From Lingula anatina (Eukaryota; Animalia; Brachiopoda): a DNA stretch of 64,000 nt. Made by a program: the position numbers and the translations under genes. Numbering within the stretch: position 1 is the first letter of the stretch; each line of letters opens with the position of its first letter. Below are positions 50,401-64,000 of this stretch, one piece after another. The stretch spans positions 5,766,001 through 5,830,000 of the forward strand of contig CM120645.1 in NCBI GenBank assembly GCA_051362555.1. Reading direction: 5' to 3'. The notes under the pieces were generated by a model. The model was not told where the DNA came from and did not search any database. It saw nothing but the letters and a program-made list of their open reading frames with translations.

Positions 50401-53400
50401 TTCTGGAACTTCTGGATTACATTGCATGTCTGAAACAACTGCCTCCATTCCCAGTGGACTTCATTCTCCATCTCGCTCTATTGTACCACTTAAGTGTTAA
50501 TACAGAAATTCAACAATAAAAGCTATAACTACACAAAAAATTTTCGAAGATTTCATCACACTTTGACAGTTGTCATTCTTTGTAAGACATGATAATGATT
50601 GAAGTGGGGTAGGGGTAGGGGGTGCTCTGTGCACTTTTAATGTGTACTATACTGTATACTAAATTATCCATCAAAAGCAATACCCAAGTCTCCCAGAGGA
50701 CTTCATCCTTCCTTACGTTCCAGTCTGCTAAGTGCCATGCACTACTTCATGTGCACAAAATAAGCCAAAATTATACTTTTAGAAAAAAATCATACAAATG
50801 TGTAACAGTCTTAACTTTGGACTTAATGTGAATTCAGGGGTGCAAAGTAGGACATGCCCTCCCTCCCCTAAACTTTGCAGGTACCTCCTCCTTATCCCCC
50901 CCCCCCCCCTGAAAACAGGAAAAATAAAACAATGCATTGATCAAGCTAAATGAAACAAAATCAAGCAATATTTCCATTCATTTATTATGAAGTATATTAC
51001 AAAAAGATGTCCTCATCTACTATGTATTTGTTTCAATTTGCTGATAATTTTTTTTAGAATAAGAATTAAGAAAATGGAAATGATAAATATAAGCTTAAAA
51101 ACAAGAGAACACTATTTGCCGAGTGCTGGTATCTGATAAATTGCAATTTTTTTCTTGTTGCAAGAACTTCAGAAAAATAAACGATGCAGTAATAAATCAA
51201 GAATGTGATCTATTCAATAACTAGCAAGGGTCTACAATGAGTATAGCAGATCTTTTTTATATCATTATTTAAACTATAGTTTATACATGTTTTCTTTTGC
51301 CTCTTGCATTCATTTAGGAATAGAGACCCTTATAATATAAAATTTTAATTTTCTGTGCTAAAACTTCATAAATAAGTAAATAATAATAATCACTGATTAG
51401 CAGCCTGGTCTACTAGGCCCCTTGGATAATGTCTGGGCAAGGGTGACAGTTGAGAAGGAGGGGGTGATATCTCCCTAGAGTCTCCATGCAATTATGTACG
51501 CGCTTCATCAAATCATTAATAAGTATAAGCAGAAATGAAAAAAGAAGTGATTGTGTTTAAACATGCAAACAATCACTTACAAGAAAAGGCTGGTCCAAGG
51601 CCGAGTGTGCCTGTGTTTGGGGGAGGGGCAAGAGAGAGGGGTCTTTAGCTTGTTAAAAGACCTTCAACAGTTTCAGAACAATTGGATAAATGCCTATTAA
51701 TGGAAACTGAGCATGCTTGACTTGCGGTCAAACTTTAAGTGATATAAAATTTGAGTTTTTAAGCAAACTTTCATCCAGGTTGTATCTGTAAATGCTGATA
51801 AATCTGTACACTAAAGACTAATTACAAATCAATACTTATCTCTTATCACTGGTAATTTCACTTATCACATAAAATGTCATACCACCTTTCCATATGTAAA
51901 CCCTTGATAAATAACACTAACACAGACTGGCACACAAAAAAGAACATACACGCACGCACACATACACACAAAACTTCATAGAAGAGTAAGAGAACACTTT
52001 CCGTGTCTTACATAATCCAACTAATCCTGTGGTCTTCATTTCTCCAAAACCCAATCAAACAAATTCGTTAAGCTGCCCATGTAACCTCTCTGACACAGTC
52101 CCTACCTGGACTCTAAAAGCCTAAATGTCTCTATAAGAATTGGATTCCCGTAGTGTTGACTGTTATCCCTCAGCCCAGGAACAAATTACATTTTGCAATC
52201 CTACATGCCATGTTTATATATACAGCAGATGGATGGGTAGAGAGGAGATACCATGGTACCTAACAGATCACGTACCTTAGCTCATGTTTTGTATCTGTGG
52301 TGTGGTAGTAAAAGCATTAGATCAGAACTGGGAATTCTCAGTACACTTTGGCGAATTAACTCATTGATCACAATGATGGATCACTTTGTTACAAAACCGG
52401 TGCCACTTATAATAATTATTGATATCAAAATTATACTGTACCATTGTTTACTCTTTGTGTTAATTTGCCTTTAATCCTTAATTACATGCATGATTTGGTG
52501 TCTATTCACTTGTTTGAAAATATGTTACTGGGGGTGTGGGGTGGGGGGTGTTTGCAGCACAAGGAAGTTAGATATTTCTCTTCTACCAATTTTCTTACAG
52601 CTTTTGCAAAACTAAGAATGGCACTGTCAAAGTGTTAAAATTCTGTGTCTCTGTCTGCTACAAACACACCCGTCCCTTGATATCCCCGACAGTACCATAT
52701 ATCAGTACTGATTTAACAATCGAGAGGGTGAGATTATTATAGCTAGATTGTATGTGAGGAAGGATTGAGATTTAGCCCTTTTTTTTCCTGAAGATGCCAC
52801 TTAACTTTTTCCTATAAAACTGTTCAGGTAAGGAATTTTTTATGTTAGTCATTTAATATCTTTCTGATGGGACTACTTACCGATTACATGAATCTGTGAA
52901 ATAGGTCTTTTACAAGTTCATTGCAACGGATTAATGTTTCTGGGCTGGAAAAGAAAGAAATGTACTAATCTTATATTCAAATCAAACAGGTATACTAAGC
53001 TGAAAAGATTTTCAGAGAAAAGAAAATGAAATGCAATGGAATTTATACCAAAGTTCTGTACCTCTGGAGAAAAAAAGCAAGTCAAGCCAAACTGGTATGC
53101 ATCTGAAAAAGGACAAGAAAAAACAGGGAAAATTCACAATCAAAAGTTGCCTCCTATGAATACTTCAAAAATAGGTCTACCTCTTATCATTTCAATCTGT
53201 TAGCACTAAAACTTACTTGATGTGACCAATGAAATGATCTTAAGTCATAAATAATGTCCTCTTTTGAACTGTTTTGGAGGTAAATATCCCATAAAACCAG
53301 TAGAGAAGCCTTAAACTAGACCACCTCCTGAACTCTGTGAAGTTGTAGTCAGTTTCTTAAGAACAAAATGCAGGAGAAAAAATCTTTATTGCAACTTTCT

Positions 53401-56400
53401 GCTCTGTAATCCTGAAGGTAATCCATCAGTGAGCAAAGAGGGATTCCAAAGTAAGTTGCAATCAAGCAGATCTTTTTGCAAAACTGAACTGCCTTGGTTT
53501 TAGCCTTAAGGAAAGCAATGACAATACAGCTGAGCAAGGGTATTCCAACTAAGTGTGTCCTTCTTGAAGTTAATGTTATAGAACCATTTGTACAAAACTG
53601 TTCTGTTCTGGCCAAGTTCTTCAGGAAAGCAATGGCAATACCACCCTGCACCCTCACTCACCATTAACATTACTGATAACTGAACTGTTAACATGACTGA
53701 TAACTGAACTGAGAGCTGAAGTTCCCATCGAGAGAATTCCAACATCATATTCAGCTGTCATGTCCATTTTCTATATGGTGCCATGTTACATAAGAACCTG
53801 GATTTGCCCATTACTCCTGCATATTTATGACAGGAATTGGGAGGCAGAGGCATGCAATTGCTGAGAAACTCACATGCAGAAATTCATAATTAACATATGC
53901 ATGTCCCAACATCCAGTGAGGGATGGAGATCCTGTAATATTTGTTGGCAATAAATCAGATGTCATAATTAAGTTCTCAGATTTCTCTGGAATAAAATGCA
54001 GTTTTGAGTTGACTGAATAAGGAAATTCTTATGGTTCTTCTTATGACCTTCAAGAACATGGCACTTCCATCTAAAATATATATATAATTTCACTTTTGGT
54101 ATTTAATGAAATATTGGCATAAAAGCCTTGGTAACAACAAAGATAAGTGGTCTCTACCATAATACCATGTCACAATTATTAGAGGTTATCACATACCAGA
54201 TAATATCATTGTCAGTCATATCTTATTTAGCTAATGTTTTCAGACTAACGATCAAAAATTAGACTGCTAAACATTCTGAGGCTGAGTTCAATTTTTCAAT
54301 AGTATTAAATATATTCAAAGAGGAATAGTAATTAGTTTTATCGTAATTGCTTAGCACAATGAAATTGATCACATAGTCAATGCCACAGTGTAGCCAAATA
54401 TATTATAATGATCTAATATATTTAAAAGACACACGCAACAGATGTGTGGCATGTTGGACCCTGCACAATCCTCTAAAAAGAAGGTTCATCTCCATTGCTA
54501 AGAGAGCCCCCCCCCCAGGAGAAGATGAGAGACCCCTGAGAAATTGCCCCTCCCTCTTTGTCACCATAGCTAAGATATATACCTGTATCCTGTGTGTGAG
54601 AGGAACAAAATCTGGGCCCCAAAATATTGAAAGTTCTACTGTACATTGGAGTTTCCAAATATATATTTTTCACATTAAATACTGCCAAATCTCTGTTACC
54701 AACCTGGTTACATATACATAAACCATGAATTTATGCAACAAATGAATAATGGGCTGTCCATTTGACATACAGTTATTTCTGTTATCCTTCAGTGCATTTA
54801 ATGTATCGTATGATTCTGAAGATCTCAACAGCCAATGCTAGTTGAACCAGCTCTCAGCAATAAAATCTTTATTCTTTTAAGCATTTTATATGCCAGTTGG
54901 GAATGCATGAGTTGCTGATATCATTTAGGAAGAATATCTGTAATGAGCACTCGTTACATTTATTTTTAGATTTTCTTGTACTCTGCCTGGCTCCGAGCTA
55001 TTTGTTTCATGCAGAAAAAACAGTGATGGTGTCAATTACACTGCATGTGAGCCCCAGAAAATAGCTTGGAAGTGCCTTCTTTCTGATCATATCACACAAC
55101 ATACTAAATGAAACACCATGAAGCACTGTAGAGTTCCCATAACCTTACTCAACAGATAAAAGCTATCTTTTCTCATTGAAATCTCTTTGAAGCATGTATC
55201 AGTTTGGTTTGATCTAAAGATCTGAAAGATGAAAGATGTCAAAGATGCGTACTTTACCCACATCCAGTGTTTCACAACTTTCTCACTATTACTCTAAACA
55301 ACCATGCAGCTTTTGAAATTTGTTACCTTAAATACATACATACATTAACTTATCATATTACTTTTAACTTAATGGCATTCAGATTTTAATTGTTTCAGAA
55401 TGATATTTTGCTATTAATATATGAATTGCCATTTTCTACGATGTTAGAAGCTATTTTTGATCTTTTAACAAGAACTGAGAATTTAATACACAATGCTTCA
55501 GCTATTATTTGGGCAAAATTGTGGAACTATACTAAAGACAAATTGTAAAACTGTAGCAGATACTAATGTTCTATACAATGTGCTGATTATCATTATCCTA
55601 CCTTACAGTACAAGGAGTGTTTCTGCCTCAGATTCTTTCACTGAACTGTTTTTTTTATCCAGTATCATGCACTGCTGGATACGAGACACACCCAGAGATC
55701 TTATTCTAGGTTGCAAGTGGCTACAACAGTAGGTTTCCTGGACATAAACTCACTTATAAATGACTTGTGCTAAAAAAATAACTTAATTTTTGTATCCAAC
55801 TTATTTGCAGCTCACCAGCCAACCATTAGCACACTTCCAATTTCACAAATTAATAAACTCTTAATTCAGTGAAGAACCCCCTTACAACTTGTCATTTAAT
55901 TCATAACCTTATAATAGACTCATAACTTGCCCATCAGCTCCTTCATCCTGATTTGCCAATACTATTCCCCTCTTGTACTAAACTCAGATCTTCCATTCAT
56001 CAGTTTTTCCAGTACTGCAGCAAACTGCACTGAGAAGTCTGCTATCTAGTTTGTGGCCAGGCGGCAGACTCAACAGACAAGGCTATTACAGAGATAGGAC
56101 AGAAACCCAATAGGTGCTCCTGATTGTTTACATACAAAACCACCAAGAACCAGAATAAATAAATTGCCCAATGTCAGGGGGCCTATTACCCAATGGAACC
56201 ACATTTTTGACCACAATTAGCCAAAGTTCTGTCCTCTTCACTTCACTTTTGACAGACCTGTGCCCTGGAGCAGAGACTCAAAGGATTGGAAACTTGATAA
56301 GTTGTTTCTGAAACCACAATTAGTTCCTGTTCTGAATACTCAAATGTTATCTTTGCATGCTTTTACCTGCAAAAAGGGGATACACTGAGAGAGTTGGGCC

Positions 56401-57619
56401 CAGAGGTTGAAATTGATGTGGATAAGCATCATTTTCCAAAACAATTTGTTCAGATTTATGTTTTTTTAAGCGGTATCTGGTTACCAGCTGCCTTGAACTT
56501 TGCTTGGAACTTTCTCTGAATTTTTTTTCGAGTATATGTACTATAACTATTACAAACTAACACACACACTTTACCAACACCCCCTCACACATTGTAATAA
56601 TTTTTTTCCAAAGGAAACAACTATAACCCCCCCTCCCCACACACACACACACACACACACACAATGCCATTCATTTCTGGCAGATCTGAACATTTTACAG
56701 GAAACAACTACAAAATGCCCCCTACCAACCAAACCCCTTCCCCTGGCCCTCTTCAGAAGCTTTATTATGGTATAGTGTACTCATAAACTGAATCAGCAAC
56801 TCTGATACAGCCTAAGATGACTTTACTTGTCTTAAGGTGTGCTCACAATTAGTCTATCGTACTACTCAGATCTACCCAACTCCATGCATATGGGGACTCT
56901 TGCTGAATACAATCAAATTGACAGATTATATATCCTCGTCTTGTTTCCAATCACTTTTCTGCATTCTACTCAAGGCTAGGAGGTATCTTGTAATCTGAAT
57001 GCATTCAGCAAGAGTTCCCAAGGAGTTAGCTCGAACTATTCAGTATGGCAGTTTTATTGTTAATGCACCCACATGCCTTTTTTCCCTGTCCACATGGTAG
57101 GACATTAACCAGTCCATGGTTTTATTTTTTGTGGGAGTTTAAAGTGCTCTGTGGTGCCATGTATATTGGTTTGTTAGGCATTGCATTGATCCTGTTTTGG
57201 GACTTAATTCTGAGTTCCTAGTTAAGGCGTGTTTAGACAGGGCTATTTTGGATTGGATATTGGCCTTACTTTTGTCATCAGATTACGTATACAGCGACAC
57301 GCAATGTTATCTGGCCATGACACAGATCCACTTCTTGCAACAAACATCTGAAAGCAGTTTCCAATTGTTAAACAGTGCACTTGGTACCCAGAATACATAA
57401 AGTGTTCTTGAGAAGGTGTCTCATTTCTGGTGAAATTGAACTGAGATTGAAGACCATCATGGTCACATATACCAGTGAGTCTTCCACACCTGTACACCTA
57501 TAGAGTACTTTGGCCTTCGTGCCAACTGGACACTCTTCTTTACAATCATCACTCCTATACAACAGATACAATTTCTAGTCCTGAAAAGAAGACAGTGAGT
57601 GCACACTGGGTAGGACTTA

Positions 57620-57880
57620 AAGACTGAGTTCCCATACCTAGATTGATCTCATAGGATCGATTCATTTCCAAGGGGTTTCTCATTAAATTGCTTTCAGCTT
57701 AAGCAGTTTATATGTCTGGCACACCTATTGAAGCTGCTAAATGATAATTAATTACCCCCTTGCAGCTTTAGTAGGCATGACAGACATCTAAGCTGCTTTA
57801 CTTGATTGCAATTTAGCGAGAATCCCCTTGGAGATAGATCGATCCAAAGTTGGTACGACAGGGCCTGGGAATGGTCCCAC
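57620..57880. mobile_element. Harbinger-like MITE, same family as 14474-14732, with CpG decay
   Basis: GTTCCCATACCTAGATTGATC start; collinear with the 14474 copy. Confidence 0.7.
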
Positions 57881-60800
57881 AGTCACTACCAAGTAGGATG
57901 ATGCACCAGGCTGAGTTGTGGTGTGTATAAGTCCGCTAATTTGAGAGAGCTGAACAGGCTACTGTAATAAAAAATCCCTTGGGATTTAAATGCATTTAAC
58001 TAAATGTTACAACTAAAAGCTTTAAAAACACAAGAAAGGCAGAGACGAAAATACTCACACTTTAAACACAAACAAAAAATTGAAGCATACACTTGGGAAA
58101 ACTGAAGTAAAGCATTAATTGTGACTCCAGTGTCCCCGGTAATTAAGAACTTAGGAAGATGGCATAGAATAGCTGCCATTTCTTTATATAAACATTTTAT
58201 CTGCAAATTTACCTCCCTATTTTGACTGCATATCTGAATGAATAATGGTGTCAAATAATAATAATAATAATAATTATTATTATTATTATATTGATTTCTT
58301 AAAAGTTGTGGTCTGTGCTCATCTCAGCAATGATGTGTGTATATTGGGTAGAGGTGCCATCTGTGTTTTAAATCTCAAGACCCATATACCTGATTAACAA
58401 TGACAAAGTTTTAGGATCTGGTTCTCTATGGTTGGAAACAACTGCAAGAACTCAGTGGCTTTTTTTTTTCTTCAAAAAGCTAATGGTTTAGCATCTAAAC
58501 ACAAACTACCAACAGCACTTATTGGAGGCATGAATACAATCAAGATAACCATTATACCCCACTTTATACACGTAATCACTTAAATTTGAAAAAGAAATAA
58601 AATTTAAGGAAGCAAAACACATTTTTGACTATTTTTTAAGCCTCACCTTTCAAATTATCACGATGCCATAATTTCCCCAAGTCATAAGTTAATATGTTTA
58701 ACTCTCACTTGCAAAAGGCTAATACCACTACACACAGTTCTTTAGGCCCGCCAATCAGTGAAATCCATCCAGTGCCAATCCTGATTGGCTAATACTGTAA
58801 CTTCTCCCCATCCATGGTTATTTTCTGTATAAATTTCGGAAATTAAAAGTGCACATAATTAAATGTCTTCCATGAATGGCTTCAGTCAGGTTTTTTTTTC
58901 TGATAAAATCTCTACTGGTCAGTTCCTTCGCTGGTCAGTAATGAGTGTATATCCTGAGTTACCACTACTACAACTTTCACTGAGAGCCCCCACATGGTTT
59001 TCATTTCAGATAATTACTGGCATATGGTGGAGGTCAGGGGTCACATTTAGCGGTCAAGGTGTGAATTCCTGCCTAACTAGAGTCTGTCCAACAATTTGAA
59101 ACAATTCAGGTCTGTCAGGTGTGTTGAGTCAAGAATATTTTACACCCAAGAATTGTTCCAATTTGAATTTATTAGTTTACCTTATGGGCAGTTGGGATAT
59201 CCAATCAGTTTACTTGACAACACAATATTGGGTGATATACAGTCTTACCAGGCCATGTCTGGACAGACATGAAGATCCTAGGTGTGATTTTCTATCTAAC
59301 TACAGCCTGTCTGATCAGACAGTTTCACATTCCACATACCATTTGAGAAATTTAGTCTCGTTCAGCTGGACATCAGCTGTCTGAGAGGTTTGAGAGGTTA
59401 TAGAGGACATTCATAGTTGTTTACAAGGCAGTGTTTTTTCTTTCTGTTTTCCCCAAAAGTTTTTGACAACAAAATTCCAAAAAATCTGATAAGAAAATAC
59501 ATATCACCCTGTTCTTTAACAACCCCACCACCAAAATGCTGAAAAAGTCTGATTTGGAGCTGAATATATCAGATAAACTTTGACTGGCAGTACCTCACAC
59601 AATCAGGAGGCAGTGTTTGAGATTATTAAAATTATGACTAAGCAATATCCATAAGAGTGATTGGGAAGGCATTTTGTACTGAGAGAGGAATATTCAAATT
59701 CAGCAAATGCAATTTATACACAGCTAGATATAATAAGCTGGTTTTGACTACAAAAATCAAATATGAGTACTTCGATGTTTTTCATCAGTTGGTGAATCAG
59801 GTTTCAATGTTCTGACCACCCATGAGAACACAAATGTTTCTTCATCATAGACAGTAAACAAAATATTTTGGGGTCTCTTAATTCAACTATGCCATGTGAG
59901 AACTTTTACCAGTCGGAAAGAAGAGTACAGATAAAGTTTTATCAAAGATTCATAGAAAACTTGTTAAACAAACATTAAGCACTTGCCCATCTTATGACAA
60001 TAACAGATAACCTCTCATGGACGAAAAAAAGCATCACAGTGGGATTACTTTTCAATTCAAGTTCACTGAGTGCAGTCATTGTATCATGCAAACAGCCAAC
60101 TCTTATCTGCAAGATTTCCTGCTTTTACAAAATGTTATCCAAGCAGAACATGTTTATCTAAATCTGCCCTTCTCCCTTCTGTGTATACAAACTTCGCTAC
60201 TGCACAACGACTCTCACATAAACTGACATTTCCAAAACTTCTATATGCAGAAACTTGTGATCTTTTTTGTGACTCTACTACAGCAGAATGTATACATTGG
60301 TTTCTTGCACCAGCTGTAGTCAATCCCTTTTCTTTACAACATGCTGTGAGATAAACTGCAGACCCATCTTCTCTGTCAACTCTGCGAGTTGCAATCCCCC
60401 CTCCCCCCCTTGAAATACAAAATGATAATAAATGAATAAGAAGTTTTTATGCACCACAAATTTTTTGTTGAAAATCAATATTATTTGTCAAACTGTGAGT
60501 ATGTTAAAATTTAATATCTATGAAACAGTTTTCCATTACATAAAGGATAAAATTACTTCTTCCATGAAGCAACTTGTTCTTAGATTCTATAGTGATAATT
60601 TTGAGCACCTGGTCAAACATTCTTAACTGTTTCCACTTCGTTTTGACTGGCATTTTCAAATGTTCCAGCATCTCACCGAAGGGGCTTAAAGAATTGGGGC
60701 AAAAATAGGAAAAACACGACCAAATCTGTTTACAACAAGCACCACAAATTAAGCAGCAGGGATCCAGTACAAAATGATAAGCAAATTATCTGATCACATC

Positions 60801-63800
60801 AGAAACATCTGCTGCTAATTGCCTTAGACTTATTAATCCTCCCAGTAGTGACAAACTTTCCACACTGTATATTTTCCAAATTGTCTACAAAAGCAAGCAC
60901 CTGCCAGAATAAACCCTTCCTGCTGACTCGCTGGCTACAGCAATTAATAAGAATCTGGGATTATATCATACTCTACTTCAACCCTTTCTCCTTCTTTCAA
61001 ACATGCATGGCAAAAACATAAACTTTCACAGATTATCCAAAAACATACATTTCAACAAACACAGTGGGTTTATGGCAAGAATCAATGCATAAATACTATA
61101 TACAAATGTCAAGGGCTCTACTTCTACAAAACTAGGATTCAACATAATTACAAGGTAAGTTGGATCCTAGTACCAAACAATCCTACTGAATTCACTTGAG
61201 ATATTAAATATATTACAAGGCAAAATTACACTGAAATTATTTCATCTTCAGTGATGCAGCCACACCCCTTTCCCAGGGCCATTAAATATCTTTCACAATT
61301 ATCCAATTGTTTTTCTGTTGGAAATAATTGTAACCTTTGGTCAATCAATAGTAATAACCAAACTCTCTGTGCAGGGAACATTTGATTTAGGCAATATTCC
61401 TCTACAATAAATATTTCAGAACCTTGAATTTGTAATGGCCTTTCCATTATAAGTCCCCTGAAACAAATGTTCAAAAAATGTGAAATTTCCCCAAATTCCT
61501 CATGACCATCAACTAACTGAAAAAATTGTGGAGGAAAATTGTGATTTAATAGATTTCCCTTTGAAATAAATTTCAAGGGTTTTCTGACATACTGATTCAT
61601 CAGAGACTAGAATCTGGCTTCAATAAAATGACAAGAATCAATGCCAATTATACCAGTCAGGAAGAATGTTTATGGAGATCTAGATGAAATCTCTAGACCA
61701 GAAGGGTAAATGTTGCTGTCAGATGACAGGAAAGATTAGAATTAGAAAGGGGGCATTTTATGTAACAAGGCCAGACGTGGACATTTTTGCACTTAAATGA
61801 GGAAATGAAAAATGTGGGAAGCGAGTGATAAAATATCAAATGAAAATAAAGATTCCCATTGATGTATTTCCTCCCAATCTACGAAGACATATCTGCACAG
61901 AAAGCATTTATTTTATATTAACAATATCCAAGACAATAACAAAATATTGCCAAAACTCTTTCATCCAGAACTATTCCAAATCACTTCATATGCAAAACAC
62001 ATATATACTGGAATAATTCCAGACAGTATCTGATTTTACTCACCTCCTTGTAAAATGGTTGGGATCACATTGTTCAAGTTACTTCAACAGATAACTAGAG
62101 AATAACTTGCCCTTATCACTGCCTTAAACTAAGCCTTGAATTATTTACAGATATCTCCTTCTCTTAGTCTGCAGCCGAAGTTGCTAAGACATCAGGAGGA
62201 TCCAGTGGACTTTAGTGCAGAAAGTACGGGAAGCATGGGCGAGTTTAAAAAGGTAAGAGAAACCCCACCATGAAATCTATACAGGTAATCCACAGTGATC
62301 CTTATTGCATTTACTACACTACAAATTCAAGAACCTGGTCTGTTTACATTCACAACTGAAAGTTAATTTGGCAGAACATCCCACAAGCAGGCCTGCTCAG
62401 TCTCTCGTGTTTAAACTGAGCAACTTTGTCAGATTTCTCCTCCCATTACACAATCTTCTCTAACGCAATTATCTTAACTCTGAACACAACAGGGCACAAT
62501 CATGATGACAAAATCACCAACACTGCATTTCGGGTGCAATGGAATGTAAGTGCCAACATCACTGTGCCAGAATTTCTTCACATTTCTTATCATGTTATTT
62601 ATAACAACATTTACCACTATGAGGACATTAAGCTCCATATCAACTAAAACTGATTTTGGGGCATGGCAGGCAAGAACACATTTTGATTGCAATTAAATGT
62701 CTAAGTGATGTATGAGTGCCAATTGAAATTCATTAATCAGCCTGCTCATTATGCAGACTACTTAACACAAATACAAGGTAGTTAGTTCATGGTTGCTATC
62801 AGGCATCAGGTTTAAGGGCTTCTTTTTTTTTAAATGTCCAGTTTTGTTGAACAGCCCCCTATCTCTTCTCTACCACAATGACCTCAAGTCACATCATGTC
62901 ACAATCTCAAAGAAACACATTCACAAACTCAGGACCTGGTCAACCTCTCAGTTCAGTGCTAATGTCTGTCATTTTTTTCTTGCGTGTGTGTTGTGATACA
63001 CTAGAATCTTTCCCAGTGAAACTAAAAACTCTTGATTTTCATACACGCTTATAGCTTGTATAGCAACTTTGTAGGTTTATGGAAAGTATTTTAGCCATGC
63101 AGCAATTATAATGGGGGTTTCGTGTGGAAAATTGATCTGCCATCATCTTAATCACGAACCTATCTTACTACTTACAAATAATGAAAAATTTTAATGGCAA
63201 AGATCCTTGTTCAAATTAGTAACAGCCTTTGTTGAATAAACCTCTTCCCTAGGCTATCCTAGACCAGAACATTTAAATTTCTCTTAGAGCCCACCCACCC
63301 ACAACCATCCTTCCACTTCTGACCTTTTTTAAGTGGTCATGGCCATGGACTTACCAAACCACCTCAGGCAGTGGTTATCCATAATGAATGAACTATTCAC
63401 TTCTGGCCCCTTGGGCTTAAGGCTATTTCACACCTTTGTATTCCACAAGCTGAAATAAGTGGTACTCAATACATCTTTTTTAATATGATAATAGACTTTC
63501 TTCACACATATTTTATTGACTTCAAGGCACTTACTGTGCAAAAATCTGATTGCAATACTTTGTACGTTGATCATTATCCAGAACCACTAGAGACAATCTT
63601 AGAATTGTATAAGTCATCTTTGTTAAACTTTGACTCACAAGATTATTATCAACAAATATAATTTAGGAAAAGTGTCATACACTGGATTAAGTGATTAATC
63701 ATTACAGTTCTGCTCAATTTCATTTGGAGAAGATCTGAATATGGAGTTTTAGCATGTCTGATTTTCTTATCACTAATGTGAGCTCCTGCTGCATATCCCA

Positions 63801-64000
63801 AACTTTTTTTATCTCTTCACTAGGAACTGAGAAATGAATTAATGTTCACTTCATAGAAAAAATCACTTGGGGATACTATTGTAATATATCATGTACATTG
63901 TAAACCATTTGGCCAGCTTTCACCCAGGTCTCTCATTATTTTTATATTGGTTCTTTCTTTTACTTGACTATTAACTATTTTCAATATGGCAGAAGATACA

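Noticed and set aside
53470-53712. Small local duplications (~50 bp and ~24 bp)
   Set aside because: Ordinary slippage-type duplications with no coding or structural signal.
61226-61600. 124-aa minus-strand ORF
   Set aside because: No recognisable motif, paralogue or splice support.

Overview
AT-rich, intron-containing DNA from an invertebrate animal, probably a lophotrochozoan such as a mollusc (inferred from gene and repeat content). All recognisable genes are on the minus strand. (1) 0.5-11.9 kb: a tandem array of an uncharacterised ~181-aa family. Two copies are intact, each with one coding exon ending in a CaaX-like tetrapeptide, and one is a LINE-truncated pseudogene. The proteins look like two tandem dynein-light-chain (LC8)/ground-like folds with hypervariable blocks. 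(2) 14-24 kb: two tandem two-exon FkbM-family (Star-like) type II membrane methyltransferase genes. (3) 29.7-47.5 kb: a ~23-exon CPED1 orthologue (TM anchor, TTL-like ATP-grasp domain, cadherin-like domain, PC-esterase GDS domain), which I traced with consistent splice phases except at one junction. The left 28 kb is CpG-richer and full of transposon remnants: a palindromic Tc1 element, a foldback-type element, Harbinger-like MITEs, a Penelope element with two hammerhead motifs, and 3' ends of L2/CR1, RTE and RTE-X-like LINEs. From ~28.4 kb to the end the sequence is visibly CpG-depleted. No rRNA, tRNA or CRISPR array was found. All family calls come from motif recognition by eye, not database searches.
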